Shown: in pieces, positions 12,006 to 22,796 of the stretch
Layout: each line of letters starts with the position of its first letter
Numbering within the stretch: the stretch's first letter is position 1
Assembly: GCF_018350175.1 (NCBI RefSeq)
Contig: NC_058368.1
Coordinates: forward strand, 2,852,001 to 2,916,000
Direction: 5' to 3'
Length of the DNA stretch: 64,000 nucleotides
DNA from: Felis catus
Lineage: Eukaryota
Made by a program: the position numbers and the translations under genes
Notes under the pieces: generated by a model
What the model saw: only the letters and a program-made list of their open reading frames with translations
Database searches by the model: none
Told to the model about the DNA's origin: nothing

Positions 12006-12158
12006 ACAAGCAGGGGAGGGGTACAGAAAGAGGGAGACACAGAATCTGAAGCTGAGCTGTCAGCACAGAGCCTGACGTGGGGCTCGAACCCACGAACCGT
12101 GAGATCACGACCTGAGCCAAAGTCGGACACTTAACCGACTGAGCTGCCCAGGCGCCCC
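12006..12158 (-). mobile_element. Can-SINE head/body with small internal deletion
   Basis: Ends gagctgcccaggcgcccc; lacks the aggctccaggctc segment seen in other copies. Confidence 0.92.
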
Positions 12159-12349
12159 AAGACTCATTTACTATTTGGGTCTCTGTGGATGGACCACAGT
12201 ATAAGGTCTTTATTCCTGATGAGTTTTCTGTTGTCCTCTTATCTGCACGTGTCACTCTGCCTGTTGTCTTTCCAAATCAGAAAATGATCACGATCTCCTA
12301 GCCGACCCTTGGGAGTCTAACTTCACTCTAAGACTCACCAGTATTGTTG

Positions 12350-12423
12350 GTTTATTTTATTTTATTTTATTTTATTTTATTTTATTTTATATTTTATATT
12401 TTATTTTATTTTTTCATTTTTTT
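12350..12423. repeat. (TTTTA)n microsatellite
   Basis: Direct reading. Confidence 0.9.
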
Positions 12424-13049
12424 ATAATTCCCCGGCTTCTGGATACCCAAGCTGACATTTATATTTGACTTCCCCCAGCTTCCTTCCTACTCAGGGGTTT
12501 TCATTCATTCATCAATTACTTATTAAAAACTCACTATGTCAGATAATTGTTTTTTGTTTCTGTTTTTGTAGTGCCCCGCGCGTAGCCCTTTGACTGCATC
12601 CGTCATGTCACATCTTTCCCACTGTATTAGGTTCCCGAAGGCAAGAACAGTGCTGGGTTTCGCACTCTTGTGGTACCTTGCAAACTCATGGGAGTACTAG
12701 GTATGATTTTCTTATTCTGAATCCAGTAGTCATGCTAAACAGTTTTAAAGCCTAAGTACATTATTTCGTAGAAGCATTTTAAGTCATGCAGAAAAGCACC
12801 GTAAATAGTCATGCATTTGGCAAATAATACCACATGATAGCGAGGAATAATCAAACACAATATCTTGATGGTAACTTCCAGCATGCTCTGTGAGGTCTAG
12901 GGCGTTTCACGACTTTTCCTACGGATTTTTACTATATTTTACTATACGTTCTACCATTTTATTTAAAGGAAAGATTATAGGTTATAATATAGTTGAAGGC
13001 TCTGAATCTATTGTTGAGTGTTCCCACATAGGAGTTTTAGGCTTCTGTT

Positions 13050-14360
13050 CCCTCGGAATGTGTTTTTGAGACCATACCTAGTTTTGCGTTGCGTATTTGT
13101 GAACGTGTAAAATGGTGCGATATTGTCTGTATACTTCTGCAGCTTGATTTTCTCCATCAGTGTTACAGTTTTCAAATAGTTCGCGTTGATAGATGTTGCT
13201 CTAGCTAGCTCATCCATTTTAATTGCAGAATAACATTCCGTTGTGTGAGCAAATCTACACTGTAGTCATCAATGCCTCTGGTGATGGGCATGTAGATCTT
13301 CTCCAACGTATTTCCTATTGCAAACCATGTGGCAATTAACCCTCTTGTACATGTCCCTGTTCGCACGCGTGTACGTGCAATTGCTGGGTCAAAAGGGTAC
13401 GTGCATCTTCGATTCTATTAGTTGTGGCAAAAGTGCTGTTTTATGAAGACCAAATCTCACACTTTTAGTCTTTTAACTGTGAAGCCTGTTTATTTTTGTT
13501 TTGTTTTGTTTTAAATATTCTTCAAGTATTTGATTACACCTCTGCCGTCGAATCCTGGTTTTTCTCCCCCGGCTCCCTTTCCCTGCTTTTGTCATTTAGC
13601 ATTCCCCCTGCCTTCTATTAGTTGGAAGTTACGATATGCATTATATTTCTGTTCTTCTAGGGGCCACCCTTAAAACTTGAACAGGTATGCTTAAAATAAT
13701 AAAGTCTAATGTCTATCAATAGCTGTTAACCTTATTGTTTGGGAAAATCCTGAACAGTCAAGGATCCTACAATACATTACCTTCGATGCATCATTTCCGT
13801 CTTTCATGCTCTTTTTCTCCCAGTATTTGACCTTTCAGTTTTGTTTTTTTTTTAGTTCACACCAAATAGTGATGCATTGCATTTAACTGTAATGTTGAGA
13901 ATCTCATGTCTTCTTGAATGCCAGCCTTTCCTTCTGGTTTCAGGGTTTTTCCTTTTTTCATGGATATGTTCTTAAGCAGGTCTTTCAATGGAGGGATGTT
14001 AGTAGTGAAATGGTTTAGGCTTTTGTTTATCTAAGATGGTCTTATTCAATCTGCATTCTGGAAAAATTGCTTGGCTGGGTATAGAATTCTAGGCTCTGGT
14101 TATGTCCGTCAGCACTTCGAAGACGTTTTTCTCCTGTTTTCTGTCTTACCTCCTGCTGTTGTAACGTTGGCAGTCACGATGTCCATTTTTTGAAGCTAGT
14201 CCATTTTTTCTTCGAATACTTTTAAGAACACTTTTTTGTCTTTGGTGTCCTTCCTTGATTATGTCTAGTGGTAAATTTATGCATCCTGATTTGAATCTTC
14301 CATGATTTCTCAAATTGAGGATTTATGATTTTCAGTTCTGTAAATAGTTTAGCTCTATCA
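13050..14360 (-). mobile_element. Degraded ancient L1M fragments
   Basis: catccattttaattgcagaataacattccgttgtgtga; ggctgggtatagaattctagg...cagcacttcgaag match old L1 antisense text. Confidence 0.55.
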
Positions 14361-14393
14361 TCTTTGAATATGTTTTCTTTGTGGTTCTCTTTC

Positions 14394-14481
14394 TTTTTTT
14401 TTTTTTATATGAAATGTTTTGTCAGATTGGTTTCCATACAACACCCAGGGCTCATCCCAACAGGTGCCCTCCTCAATGCCG
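14394..14481 (-). mobile_element. Very short feline L1 3' end
   Basis: Poly-T then atatgaaatgttttgtcagattggtttccatacaacaccc; reverse complement of the L1 end at 18310-18390; flanked by ttctctttct. Confidence 0.8.
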
Positions 14482-14682
14482 ATTCTCTTTCTAATCTCTC
14501 CTTTGAGAAAGCTTATGAGGAAACACTGGACTTTGTAGCCTCAGAATCACTTTACGTCTCTTCCTTGATGCTTTTATTAAATGTCAATAGATACAAAAAT
14601 GTAGCTATTATAAGTTGTGAGGAATAGATATGATACACATCCACGTACCTAGTACCTGGTTTAAGATACAAAGGTGACCGTC

Positions 14683-14920
14683 GGGGCGCCTGGGTGGCGC
14701 AGTCGGTTAAGTGTCCGACTTCAGCCAGGTCACGATCTTGCGGTCCGTGAGTTCGAGCCCCACGTCAGGCTCTGGGCTGATGGCTCAGAGCCTGGAGCCT
14801 GTTTCAGATTCTGTGTCTCCCTGGCTCTCTGCCCCTCCCCCGTTCATGCTCTGTCTCTCTCTGTCTCAAAATAAAAAAAATAATAAATAAACGTTAAATA
14901 AAAAAAAAATTAAAAAAAAA
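14683..14920 (+). mobile_element. Young felid SINE (SINEC_Fc-like)
   Basis: ggggcgcctgggtggcgcagtcgg...; perfect 19-bp TSD aagatacaaaggtgaccgt (14663-14681 / 14921-14939). Confidence 0.97.
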
Positions 14921-15100
14921 AAGATACAAAGGTGACCGTTGTTGAAAGTCCTCGTGAGCCTGTTCCTAACCCCTTCCCCACGCCAGGTGACTTGTGACTT
15001 TACCCTGCAAAGTGCGTACAGCATCCTCCTGCTTTTCCTTATGGTATTATTACCACAAATATTTGCATCCTTGAACAGAATATTTGTTAGTTTTTCAAGG

Positions 15101-15329
15101 TTTTATTATTTTTTTAAATTTTTTTTAACATTTATTTATTTTTGAGACACAGAGAGACAGAGCATGAACAGGGGAGGGTCAGAGAAAGAGGGAGACACAG
15201 AATCTGAAACGGGCTCCAGGCTCCGAGCCGTCAGCACAGAGCCTGACGCGGGGCTCGAACCCATGGACTGCGAGATCATGACCCGAGCCGAAGTCGGACA
15301 CTCAACCGACTGAGCCACCCAGGCGCCCC
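15101..15329 (-). mobile_element. Felid SINE
   Basis: TSD agtttttcaaggtttta on both sides. Confidence 0.96.
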
Positions 15330-15464
15330 AGTTTTTCAAGGTTTTAAACTTTGTATGCATGGCACCATTTGCCACTTATTCTTTGAGTTGATTTCTATGC
15401 TTAATATTGTTTCATTCATAATTTTCATATTTTTATTTCTGCCAGGCCTCTCTGAAGGTGGGGA

Positions 15465-16780
15465 TCTAACTGACATTCAATATTATATTGGTTTCAGTTG
15501 CATAACATGATGTGTTTGTATTTGTACACATTGTGAGATGAACAAAGCAGTAAGTCGAGTCGACTATACATTTTTGCATTTCTTTTCTTGCGACAAGGAC
15601 TATTAGGATCTACTCTGTCAGCAGCTTTCAAACACACGATGAAGTCTGATGTACTATAATCCCCATGCCGTCCATTACACGTCGTGGTTTATTCACTTTA
15701 CAGCTGAAGCTTGTACCTTTTGACCCCTTCCACCCGTTTTGCTCACCGTCGCCCCTTTTCTCTGGCAACCACCCGTCAGTTCTCTGGATCTACGAGTTCC
15801 CTCTTTATTATTTTTTAGATACCACACATACGTGATGTCCTACGGTATTTGTATTTCTTACTTATTCCACTTAGCATCTGGATCCAACAGTGTTACTGGA
15901 AACAGCAAGACTTCATTCTTTTTTATGACTGAATAATATTCCACTGTGTATACATATATACTATGTTTTCTTGACTCATTCATCCCCTGATGGACACCTA
16001 CTCGCTTCCCTGTCTTGGCCGCTGTAAATAATCTCGCAGTGAACACGGAGGTGAGGCCGTCTCTTCAAGTTAGTGTTTTTGTCTCCGGATAAATACTCAT
16101 AAATACTCAAAACGGAACTGCCAGATCACATGGTAGTTCTGTTTTTAATGTTTTGAGGAAACTCTGTATTATTTTCTGTAGTGGCTGCACCAATTTATGC
16201 CGTTTACATGCCCACCCACAGTGCACAAGGGTTCCTTTTTCTGCACCTCCTTGCCAACATCTGTTATTTCTTGCTCTTTGAAAACAACCGTTACAACAAG
16301 TGTGAGGTGTGGTATTGTGGTTTTGATCTGCATTTCCCTGATGATTGGTGGTGTTGAGCATCTTTTCATGTACCTGTCGGTCTTCTGTATGCCTTTGGAA
16401 AATCTCTATTCAGAGCCTCTGCCCATATGAAAAAAAATTTTTTTTAACGTTTACTTATTACTGAGAGACAGAGAGAGACAGACTGTGAACAGGGGAGGGG
16501 CAGAGAGAGAGGGAGACACAGAATCCAAAGCAGGCTCCAGGCTCTGAGCATCAGCACAGAGCCCAGCATGGGGCTCGAACCCACAAACCATGAGATCATG
16601 ACGCAAGCCGAGGTCAGTCAGTTGCTTAACTGGCTGAGCCACCCAGGAGCCCCTCCTCTGCTCATATTGTAAGCAGATTTTTTTTTTTTTGCTATTGAGT
16701 TGTAAAAGTTCTTTATATATTTTGGATATACTCCCTTATCATATGTGATTTGCAAATATTTTCTCCCATTCAGTACATTG
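15465..16780 (-). mobile_element. 5'-truncated L1 (ORF2 end plus 3'UTR), interrupted by a SINE
   Basis: gttttgatctgcatttccctgatgatt; ttgagcatcttttcatgtacctg; tttgcaaatattttctcccattc. Confidence 0.85.
16430..16653 (-). mobile_element. Can-SINE within L1
   Basis: SINE body; near-TSD ctctgcccatat / ctctgctcatat. Confidence 0.93.
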
Positions 16781-17890
16781 ACTATTTTGCTTATTTGAAA
16801 TGTGTGTTTTTTATTTTATGCACTTTTGATGATTCTTCAGGAAAACAGGCTTGGGATATTAGGCTATAGTGCATAGGAATAATTCTGAATTTCATCTCAA
16901 GCCGTTAAATATTTTCTAGTTTGAAACCATATATTTCAGGTTCAGCCAAAACATATTCTCTGCTAGCTATTGTTCAGAGTGAGTTTGCCTATCGCAGAGA
17001 TAAGACAGTTCTTAGGGAATAGGTTTTTCTGCCCCTATCACCTATGGTATCCTTACTATCATGTCGTTTGTTTTAGTACTTGGAAAAGTATAAAAAAACG
17101 ACTATGAAGGGTTTTTTTTTGGGGGGGGGTGGGACTTGTGTAATGAATTTTGTCCAATCTGACTGACTCTTAGGGAGATTTCCTCAAAGTCCTGTCTTCT
17201 GACATTTAGTGTGAAGTTCTTGGTATTTTCAATGGCAGTGGGACCTTGATAAAAGCAATATGAGGAAGTGTCCACATTCGCTTGCGAGACTTTTAGAGAT
17301 AACATGCTCTTTGGGCACAGAAGTGGTGAGAAGAAAGAGAGAGAGAAAGGAAGAAGTGACTCCAGGTTTCTGGAAAGATGAGAAAGCATAGAATCAACGA
17401 TGTAGTGTGCTTTGAAATAGATGTGTGTGTATTACATATGCCAGTGGCTTTGTTTCAAGTACTAGACTTATCTAATGATTGAACGATTGACCGCTGGATG
17501 AATAAAAGAATATCAGGATGTTTGTCCCACCTAAGGTAGGAGTCTGAGTAAAATGATTTAAATAGAGACTTTTCAGAGAAGCTGGACAGCAGTATGACAT
17601 CTATAGACGATCAGGGTATGGACAGTGGGGTTGGTGATGGAGGCCCTTGAACATCAGACAGAAGAATTTGAACTTTATCAGGGAACCAAAGAGGATACTC
17701 TAAAACTGCCAAATGGAGGCAGTTGGGCTGAAATCAGGGGTCAATGTCCATAAAGGAAAGATATAATAATTTTGAGAATGCAGGATGATAGGGTAAGAAG
17801 CTGGGGGCAGTGATTTAAAATGATCTCAGTAAAAAAGGAGAAGAAATTGATATTTACATTTTTAGGCAGGAATTTAAAATATTGAATATA

Positions 17891-18389
17891 TCACTTAGCA
17901 TAACATTCTCCAGTTCCATCCACGTTGCTGCAAAAGGCCAGATTTCATTCTTTCTCATCCCCAAGTAGTATTCCATTGTGTATCTAAACCACAATTTCTT
18001 TATCCATTCATCAGTTGATGGACATTTAGGCTGTTTCCATAATTTGGCTATTGTTGAAAGTGCTTATATAAACATTGGGGTACAAGTGTCCCTATGCATC
18101 GGCACTGCTAAGTGAAATAAGTCATACAGAGAAAGACAGATACCATATGTTTTCACTCTTATGTGGATCCTGAGAAACTTAACAGAAGACCATGGGGGAG
18201 GGGAAGGAAAAAAAATTTAGAGAGGGAGAGAGCCAAACCATAAGAGTCTCTTAAAAACTGAGAACAAACTGAGGGTTGATGGGGGGTGGGAGGGAGGGGA
18301 AAGTGGGTGATGGGCATTGAGGAGGGCACCTTTTGGGATGAGCACTCGGTGTTGTATGGAAACCAATTTGACAATACATTTCATATTAA
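17891..18389 (+). mobile_element. Feline L1 with 5' inversion (twin priming)
   Basis: Antisense part 17891-18106, sense 3'UTR 18107-18389; TSD aaaatattgaatata (17876-17890 / 18390-18404). Confidence 0.9.
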
Positions 18390-18405
18390 AAAATATTGAA
18401 TATAA

Positions 18406-18635
18406 GTGTCACCTGGGTAGCTCAGTCGGTTAAGTGTCTAACTCTGAATTTTGGCTCAGGTCGTGATCTTGTGGTTCATGAGATCGAGCCCCACCTTGAG
18501 CTCTGCACTGACAATGTGGAGCCTGCTTGGGATTCTCTCTCTCTCACCTCTGCCTCTCCTCACTCACGTGTGCGTGCACGTGCACGTGTGCTCTCTCTCT
18601 CTCTTTCTCTCTCAAAATACAAAAATATAAAAAAA
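18406..18635 (+). mobile_element. Older Can-SINE
   Basis: cacctgggtagctcagtcggttaag..., CT tract, A tail. Confidence 0.9.
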
Positions 18636-18716
18636 GTTTCTTACGGTTTAAAGAAAAAAGAAAGAATGAGCAAAAATTACTCATGATTTAAGTTTGAATG
18701 TTTGGAGATTAATCTT

Positions 18717-18807
18717 TAAAAAAATTTTTTTTTCTGACGTTTATTTATTTTTGAGAGACAGAGAGGCTGTGAGCAGGGGAGGGGCAGAGACAGAGGGAGA
18801 CGCAGAA
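18717..18807 (-). mobile_element. 5'-truncated Can-SINE
   Basis: Only tail and GA part present; TSD ttggagattaatctt (18702-18716 / 18808-18822). Confidence 0.88.
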
Positions 18808-19410
18808 TTGGAGATTAATCTTAAAGTAAAAAGTAAGGCAGACTTTCAAAGTACAAGAGGTAATATTTCCTCCTGTTGGAGGCATGAGGGTGTTCGGAAA
18901 GTGCCGTTGGAAAGAAGAAAACCGGTCCCTGTGTTGTGGAGCTTGGTCGAAAGCTAGGCACGTGTCCTCTTGATTATTTTCTGCAAAATTAGTTGGCTCA
19001 GGTTTGGCCTGGCGGTTTAAGAGGCGACCCTCCCATCAGTTTTTGTATGGCTTGCTCTACGTTTAAGCACAACATTTGGAAACATCTTACGGGAAGCTCT
19101 AAGTCCTGGTTGTGCGGTGGGGCGTTAGGGAGATGTGGTCCATGATGAGGGAAGGGCAGGCCCCCCCTGAGTGTCAGTAAGGCTTGTAGGAGGCAGTGAT
19201 GGAGGCAGTGATGGCTCCTTCAGGGATATTGGTAGCGGGGCGAGTCAATGTCCTTAGACTCAAGCAACAGAAACAAATTTTGCCTGGTTTAAGAAAATTA
19301 TTTGAAATATATTGAATACCTTTCTGGGCTTCCTATTCTGTTCTGTTGGTCTATATGTCTGTCTTTATGCCGGTATTATACCATTTTAATTACTGAAGCT
19401 TTGTTTGCTA

Positions 19411-19482
19411 TCTATATATATACTATATATAGACATATATATATGACATATATATATATATATATCATATATATGTATACAT
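19411..19482. repeat. Degenerate (TA)n
   Basis: Direct reading; sits at the tail of the next SINE. Confidence 0.85.
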
Positions 19483-19483
19483 A

Positions 19484-19629
19484 GTTTTTTGACAGAGAGG
19501 GAGAGAGCACGTGCAGGGGAGGGGCAGAGAGACAGGGAGAGAGAAAATCAGTCTCACCGACAGTGACACCATGACCTGCACTGAAACCAAGAGCCACATG
19601 CTTAACTGGCTCAGCCACCCAGGCACCCC
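19484..19629 (-). mobile_element. Internally deleted Can-SINE inside an L1 fragment (19300-19695)
   Basis: Head cagccacccaggcacccc; flanking ttctgggcttcctattctgttctgttggtctatatgtctg is L1 antisense. Confidence 0.8.
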
Positions 19630-19698
19630 TTAAATGTATTTTTAAATCAGCAAGTATGATGTTTTGTTCTTCTTTCTCAAGAATGATTTGGTTTTACC

Positions 19699-19700
19699 AA

Positions 19701-19756
<56 letters not shown>

Positions 19757-19820
19757 GAAAGAAAGAAAGAAAGCAGATGAAAGAAAGAAGGAAAGAAGGA
19801 AAGAAGGAAAGAAAGAAAGA
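19699..19820. repeat. (GAAA)n microsatellite
   Basis: Direct reading. Confidence 0.95.
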
Positions 19821-19932
19821 CAAAAGGTAATTATGTGACTTGATGGATGTGTTAAATAACCTTACTGTGATTATAATTATGCAATATATATGTATGTATA
19901 TCCAATCATCACATCACATTGTACACTTTATC

Positions 19933-20126
19933 TTTTTAAAGGTTTATTTATTTATTTTGAGAGAGAGAGGGTGCAAGCAGGGGGAGAGGCAGAGAGAGAG
20001 AGGAAAGAGAATCCTCAGCAGACCCTGTGTTGTCAGCAGGGAGTTCAGTCCCATGAACTGTGAGATCGTGACCTGAGCTGAAATCAAGAGCCAGATGCTT
20101 ATCCGACTGAGCCACACGGACACCCC
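19933..20126 (-). mobile_element. Can-SINE
   Basis: SINE body; near-TSD acattgtacactt / acattgtccactt. Confidence 0.9.
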
Positions 20127-20158
20127 TACATTGTCCACTTGAAACATCCATAGTGTTA

Positions 20159-20361
20159 GGGGCGCCTGGGTGGCTCAGTTGGTTGAGCGTCCGACTTTGG
20201 CTCAGGTCACGATCTCACGGTTTGTGAGTTCGAGCCCCACGTCGGGCTCTGGGCTGACAGCTCGGAGCCTGGAGCCTGCTTCGGATTCCCTGTCTCCCTC
20301 TCTCTCTGCCACTCCCCCTCCCCCCCCTCTGTCTCTTAAAAATAAATCAACTTTGAAAAAA
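20159..20361 (+). mobile_element. Felid SINE
   Basis: ggggcgcctgggtggctcagttgg...; near-TSD aaacatcca...gtta. Confidence 0.95.
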
Positions 20362-20429
20362 CACTTTAAACATCCACTGCGTTATAGGTCAATGATATCT
20401 CAATACCGTGGGAAGGAAAAAGATTGACT

Positions 20430-21130
20430 TGGCTGTCAGGCAAACAAAAGGCGGTAAATGTTGGCGAGGATGTGGAGAAATTGGAACCCTTGCGCGCTGT
20501 TGGAGGGAGGTAAATTAGTGCAGTCGCTATAGGAGACAGAATGGAGGCTCCCCCCAAAATTAAAAGTAGAACCTGCCTGTGACCCAGCAATCCTGCTTCT
20601 GGGTACCTCCGAAGGCAAGGAGGTGAGTATCTTGAAGAGTGACCTGAACTCAGGTTCACTGCAGTGTCACTCACAACGGCCACGTGTGGAAACAGCCCTG
20701 CCTGTGCTCTGGTGGAGGAACGGAGAGAGAAAAGCTGACGTATCCAAGCCGTGGAATATCATCACTCGGCCTTAAAAAGCAAAGAAACCCTGCGGGATGC
20801 AATGTGGCCGTTAGCTGAGTGAGTTAAACCCAGCGTGGGTTAAACCCAGTTTAACCCAGTGGGAGTTAAACCCACTCCCAGGGGGGTGGCCCCTGGGAGA
20901 TTCGACTTGGGAGAGACGTCTAAACTTGTCAAATTCATAGAATCAGACGGTTGGATGGTGGTGAGCGGGGGCCCAAGCGAAGGGAAAATGGGGAACTGTT
21001 CATCACGGGGCATAAAGCTTCTGTTCTGCACAACGGGACAGTTCTGGAGACCCTGGAACAGCGTCGTGCCTGGAGTGACCAGTACTGTATGGCAACTTCA
21101 AGGCCCATCGAGAGGGAACATGTCCTGTTG
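20430..21130 (+). mobile_element. L1 ORF2-end/3'UTR relic, unusually GC-rich
   Basis: tgttggcgaggatgtggagaaattggaaccc...gacccagcaatcctgcttctgggta; later gtcaaattcatagaatcaga. Confidence 0.8.
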
Positions 21131-21950
21131 TGTTCTTTCCGCACGCACCCTGCGCAGGCCTCTCGGCCGGCCCTTCAGACACCTGTGGCCTTGGACCTGG
21201 AGGCCCGTGGGACCACCGCCCAGGGGCCTCGCTCGGCTGCCGCACGGTTCCCTCGTTCCAGCTGGAGGCAGGGGAGGGGAGGGCTCTGCTCGTAGGTCTC
21301 GGGAAGCTGCCCGTGGGATCAGTAAGCCGGGGAAGCATTCTGACTTCTGCCTTGGGGGGCAGGGGCTGCCTGAGGTGGAGGCTCCCTGAAACAGAGGGAG
21401 GGGTGCAGAGAAGATGAGTGACGGGGGCCCAGTGCTGCCCGGAGGCCGAGCCGTGCCAGGGAGGCCGGGACTTGAGGGGGAAGAGGCTGGCAGGGTCTGG
21501 GGTTCCGGGACACCCGGTGACAACGGGGGAGGGGCAGGGGCTGGGGGTGAGGAGCTGGCAAAGGTTCGTGCCATAATAATTGTGCCACAGAAAAGGACCG
21601 TGGCCCGGTCGTGCAACCAGCTTGGGAGCAAAGAACTGGGTTTCATGTCGGTGTAAGTCTTTTACGGCTTATCGAAACAGAAAGACAAAAGAGCCCGTGC
21701 CTTCCTCTCTCCCTGACATTTCCCTGTTGCTGGGTCTCCCAAACGCTCCTCCCTCGCAGCCTCCCCGACCCCCTAACCGCTCGCTGGCACCCCCAGACGC
21801 CCCCCCAGCCTTTCCTCGGTCCTGCGCCTTCTCAGCCTCAAGTGCGCGCCTCCGTGTGCCCCTCCCGCCCTCGGTACCTTCTCTGAGCAAATTCTCTGTG
21901 TCTCCTTCCTCCTCTCACCCCAGAAGTGGGGGGGGGGGGGGGGGCGGGTG
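21130..21950. other. GC/CpG-rich block ending in a long G run
   Basis: Many CpGs, G4 motif at 21525-21547, G run at about 21927-21944. Confidence 0.6.
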
Positions 21951-22237
21951 CTGCCAAAAGTCTGCCTTAACTGGTCCCCGGACTTTCTTCTTCAGGGTTT
22001 CGGTTGTCCCCACGGCTGCAAGCATGGCGCCCGTGACCGTGAATCTCAACTCTGGGTCTGGTCTGCGCGTCCTCGTGACCTCCCAGCAAAGTTCCAGCGC
22101 CAACTCAATACATGTAGCAATCGCTCCGATATTGCAGCCTCAAGCTGCTTCAAATCCATACTCTTCATACTTGTTCCCCAATGAACCCTGTGTATTAGTC
22201 AAGGTTCAGAATTCTCCAGAGAAGCAGAACTGAGAGA

Positions 22238-22641
22238 ATCTATATCTCTATCATCTATCTACTTATCAATCATCTATCTATCTATCATCTATCTAATCTA
22301 TCTGTCATCTATCATCTATCATCTATCTATCATCTATCTTCTATCTAATCTATCTATCTATCATCAATCTATCATCTATCTATCAATCATCTATCTATCT
22401 ATCCTATCTATCTGTCTATCTATCATCTATCTTATCTATCATCTATCTTCTATCTATCATCAATCTATCATCTATCTAATCTATCATCTATCTAATCTAT
22501 CTATCTATCTGTCATCTATCATCTATCTAATCTATTATCGATCTATTATCTATCATCTATCTATCTAATCTATCTATCAATCAATCATCTATCTACCTAT
22601 CATCATCATCATCATCATCATCATCTATCATCTCTCTATCA

Positions 22642-22679
<38 letters not shown>

Positions 22680-22680
22680 A
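22238..22680. repeat. Compound (TCTA/TCA)n plus (GA)n microsatellite
   Basis: About 400 bp degenerate TCTA array followed by GA repeat. Confidence 0.95.
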
Positions 22681-22796
22681 AGAAAGGTTGATTTTTAAGG
22701 AATTGGCTCACATCATTAGGGGGGCTGGCATCCTGAAATCCTCAGGGCCGGCCAGCAGGCTGGAAGCTCAGGCAAGGCTTCTCTGTTCCAGTCTTT

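Larger units (their letters stand above)
19821..20410 (+). mobile_element. L1 3' terminal fragment split by two SINEs
   Basis: ggtaattatgtga..gatggatgtgttaa..acattgtacact..aaacatcca..gtcaatgatatctcaata is collinear with an old L1 3' end. Confidence 0.6.

Noticed and set aside
10859..12255. Longest ORFs (423 and 459 aa, Leu/Ser-rich) and Glu/Arg-rich opposite ORFs
   Set aside because: Translations of a stop-free CT/GA microsatellite plus SINE; not genes
14683..14770. tRNA-like A/B boxes in SINE heads
   Set aside because: Can-SINEs are tRNA-derived; these are not tRNA genes
21960..22190. Possible LTR16-like fragment ending tgaaccctg
   Set aside because: Similarity too short to call from memory
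20859..22233. Overlapping 170-217 aa ORFs
   Set aside because: Expected from stop-codon scarcity in GC-rich DNA; they span L1 and LTR relics
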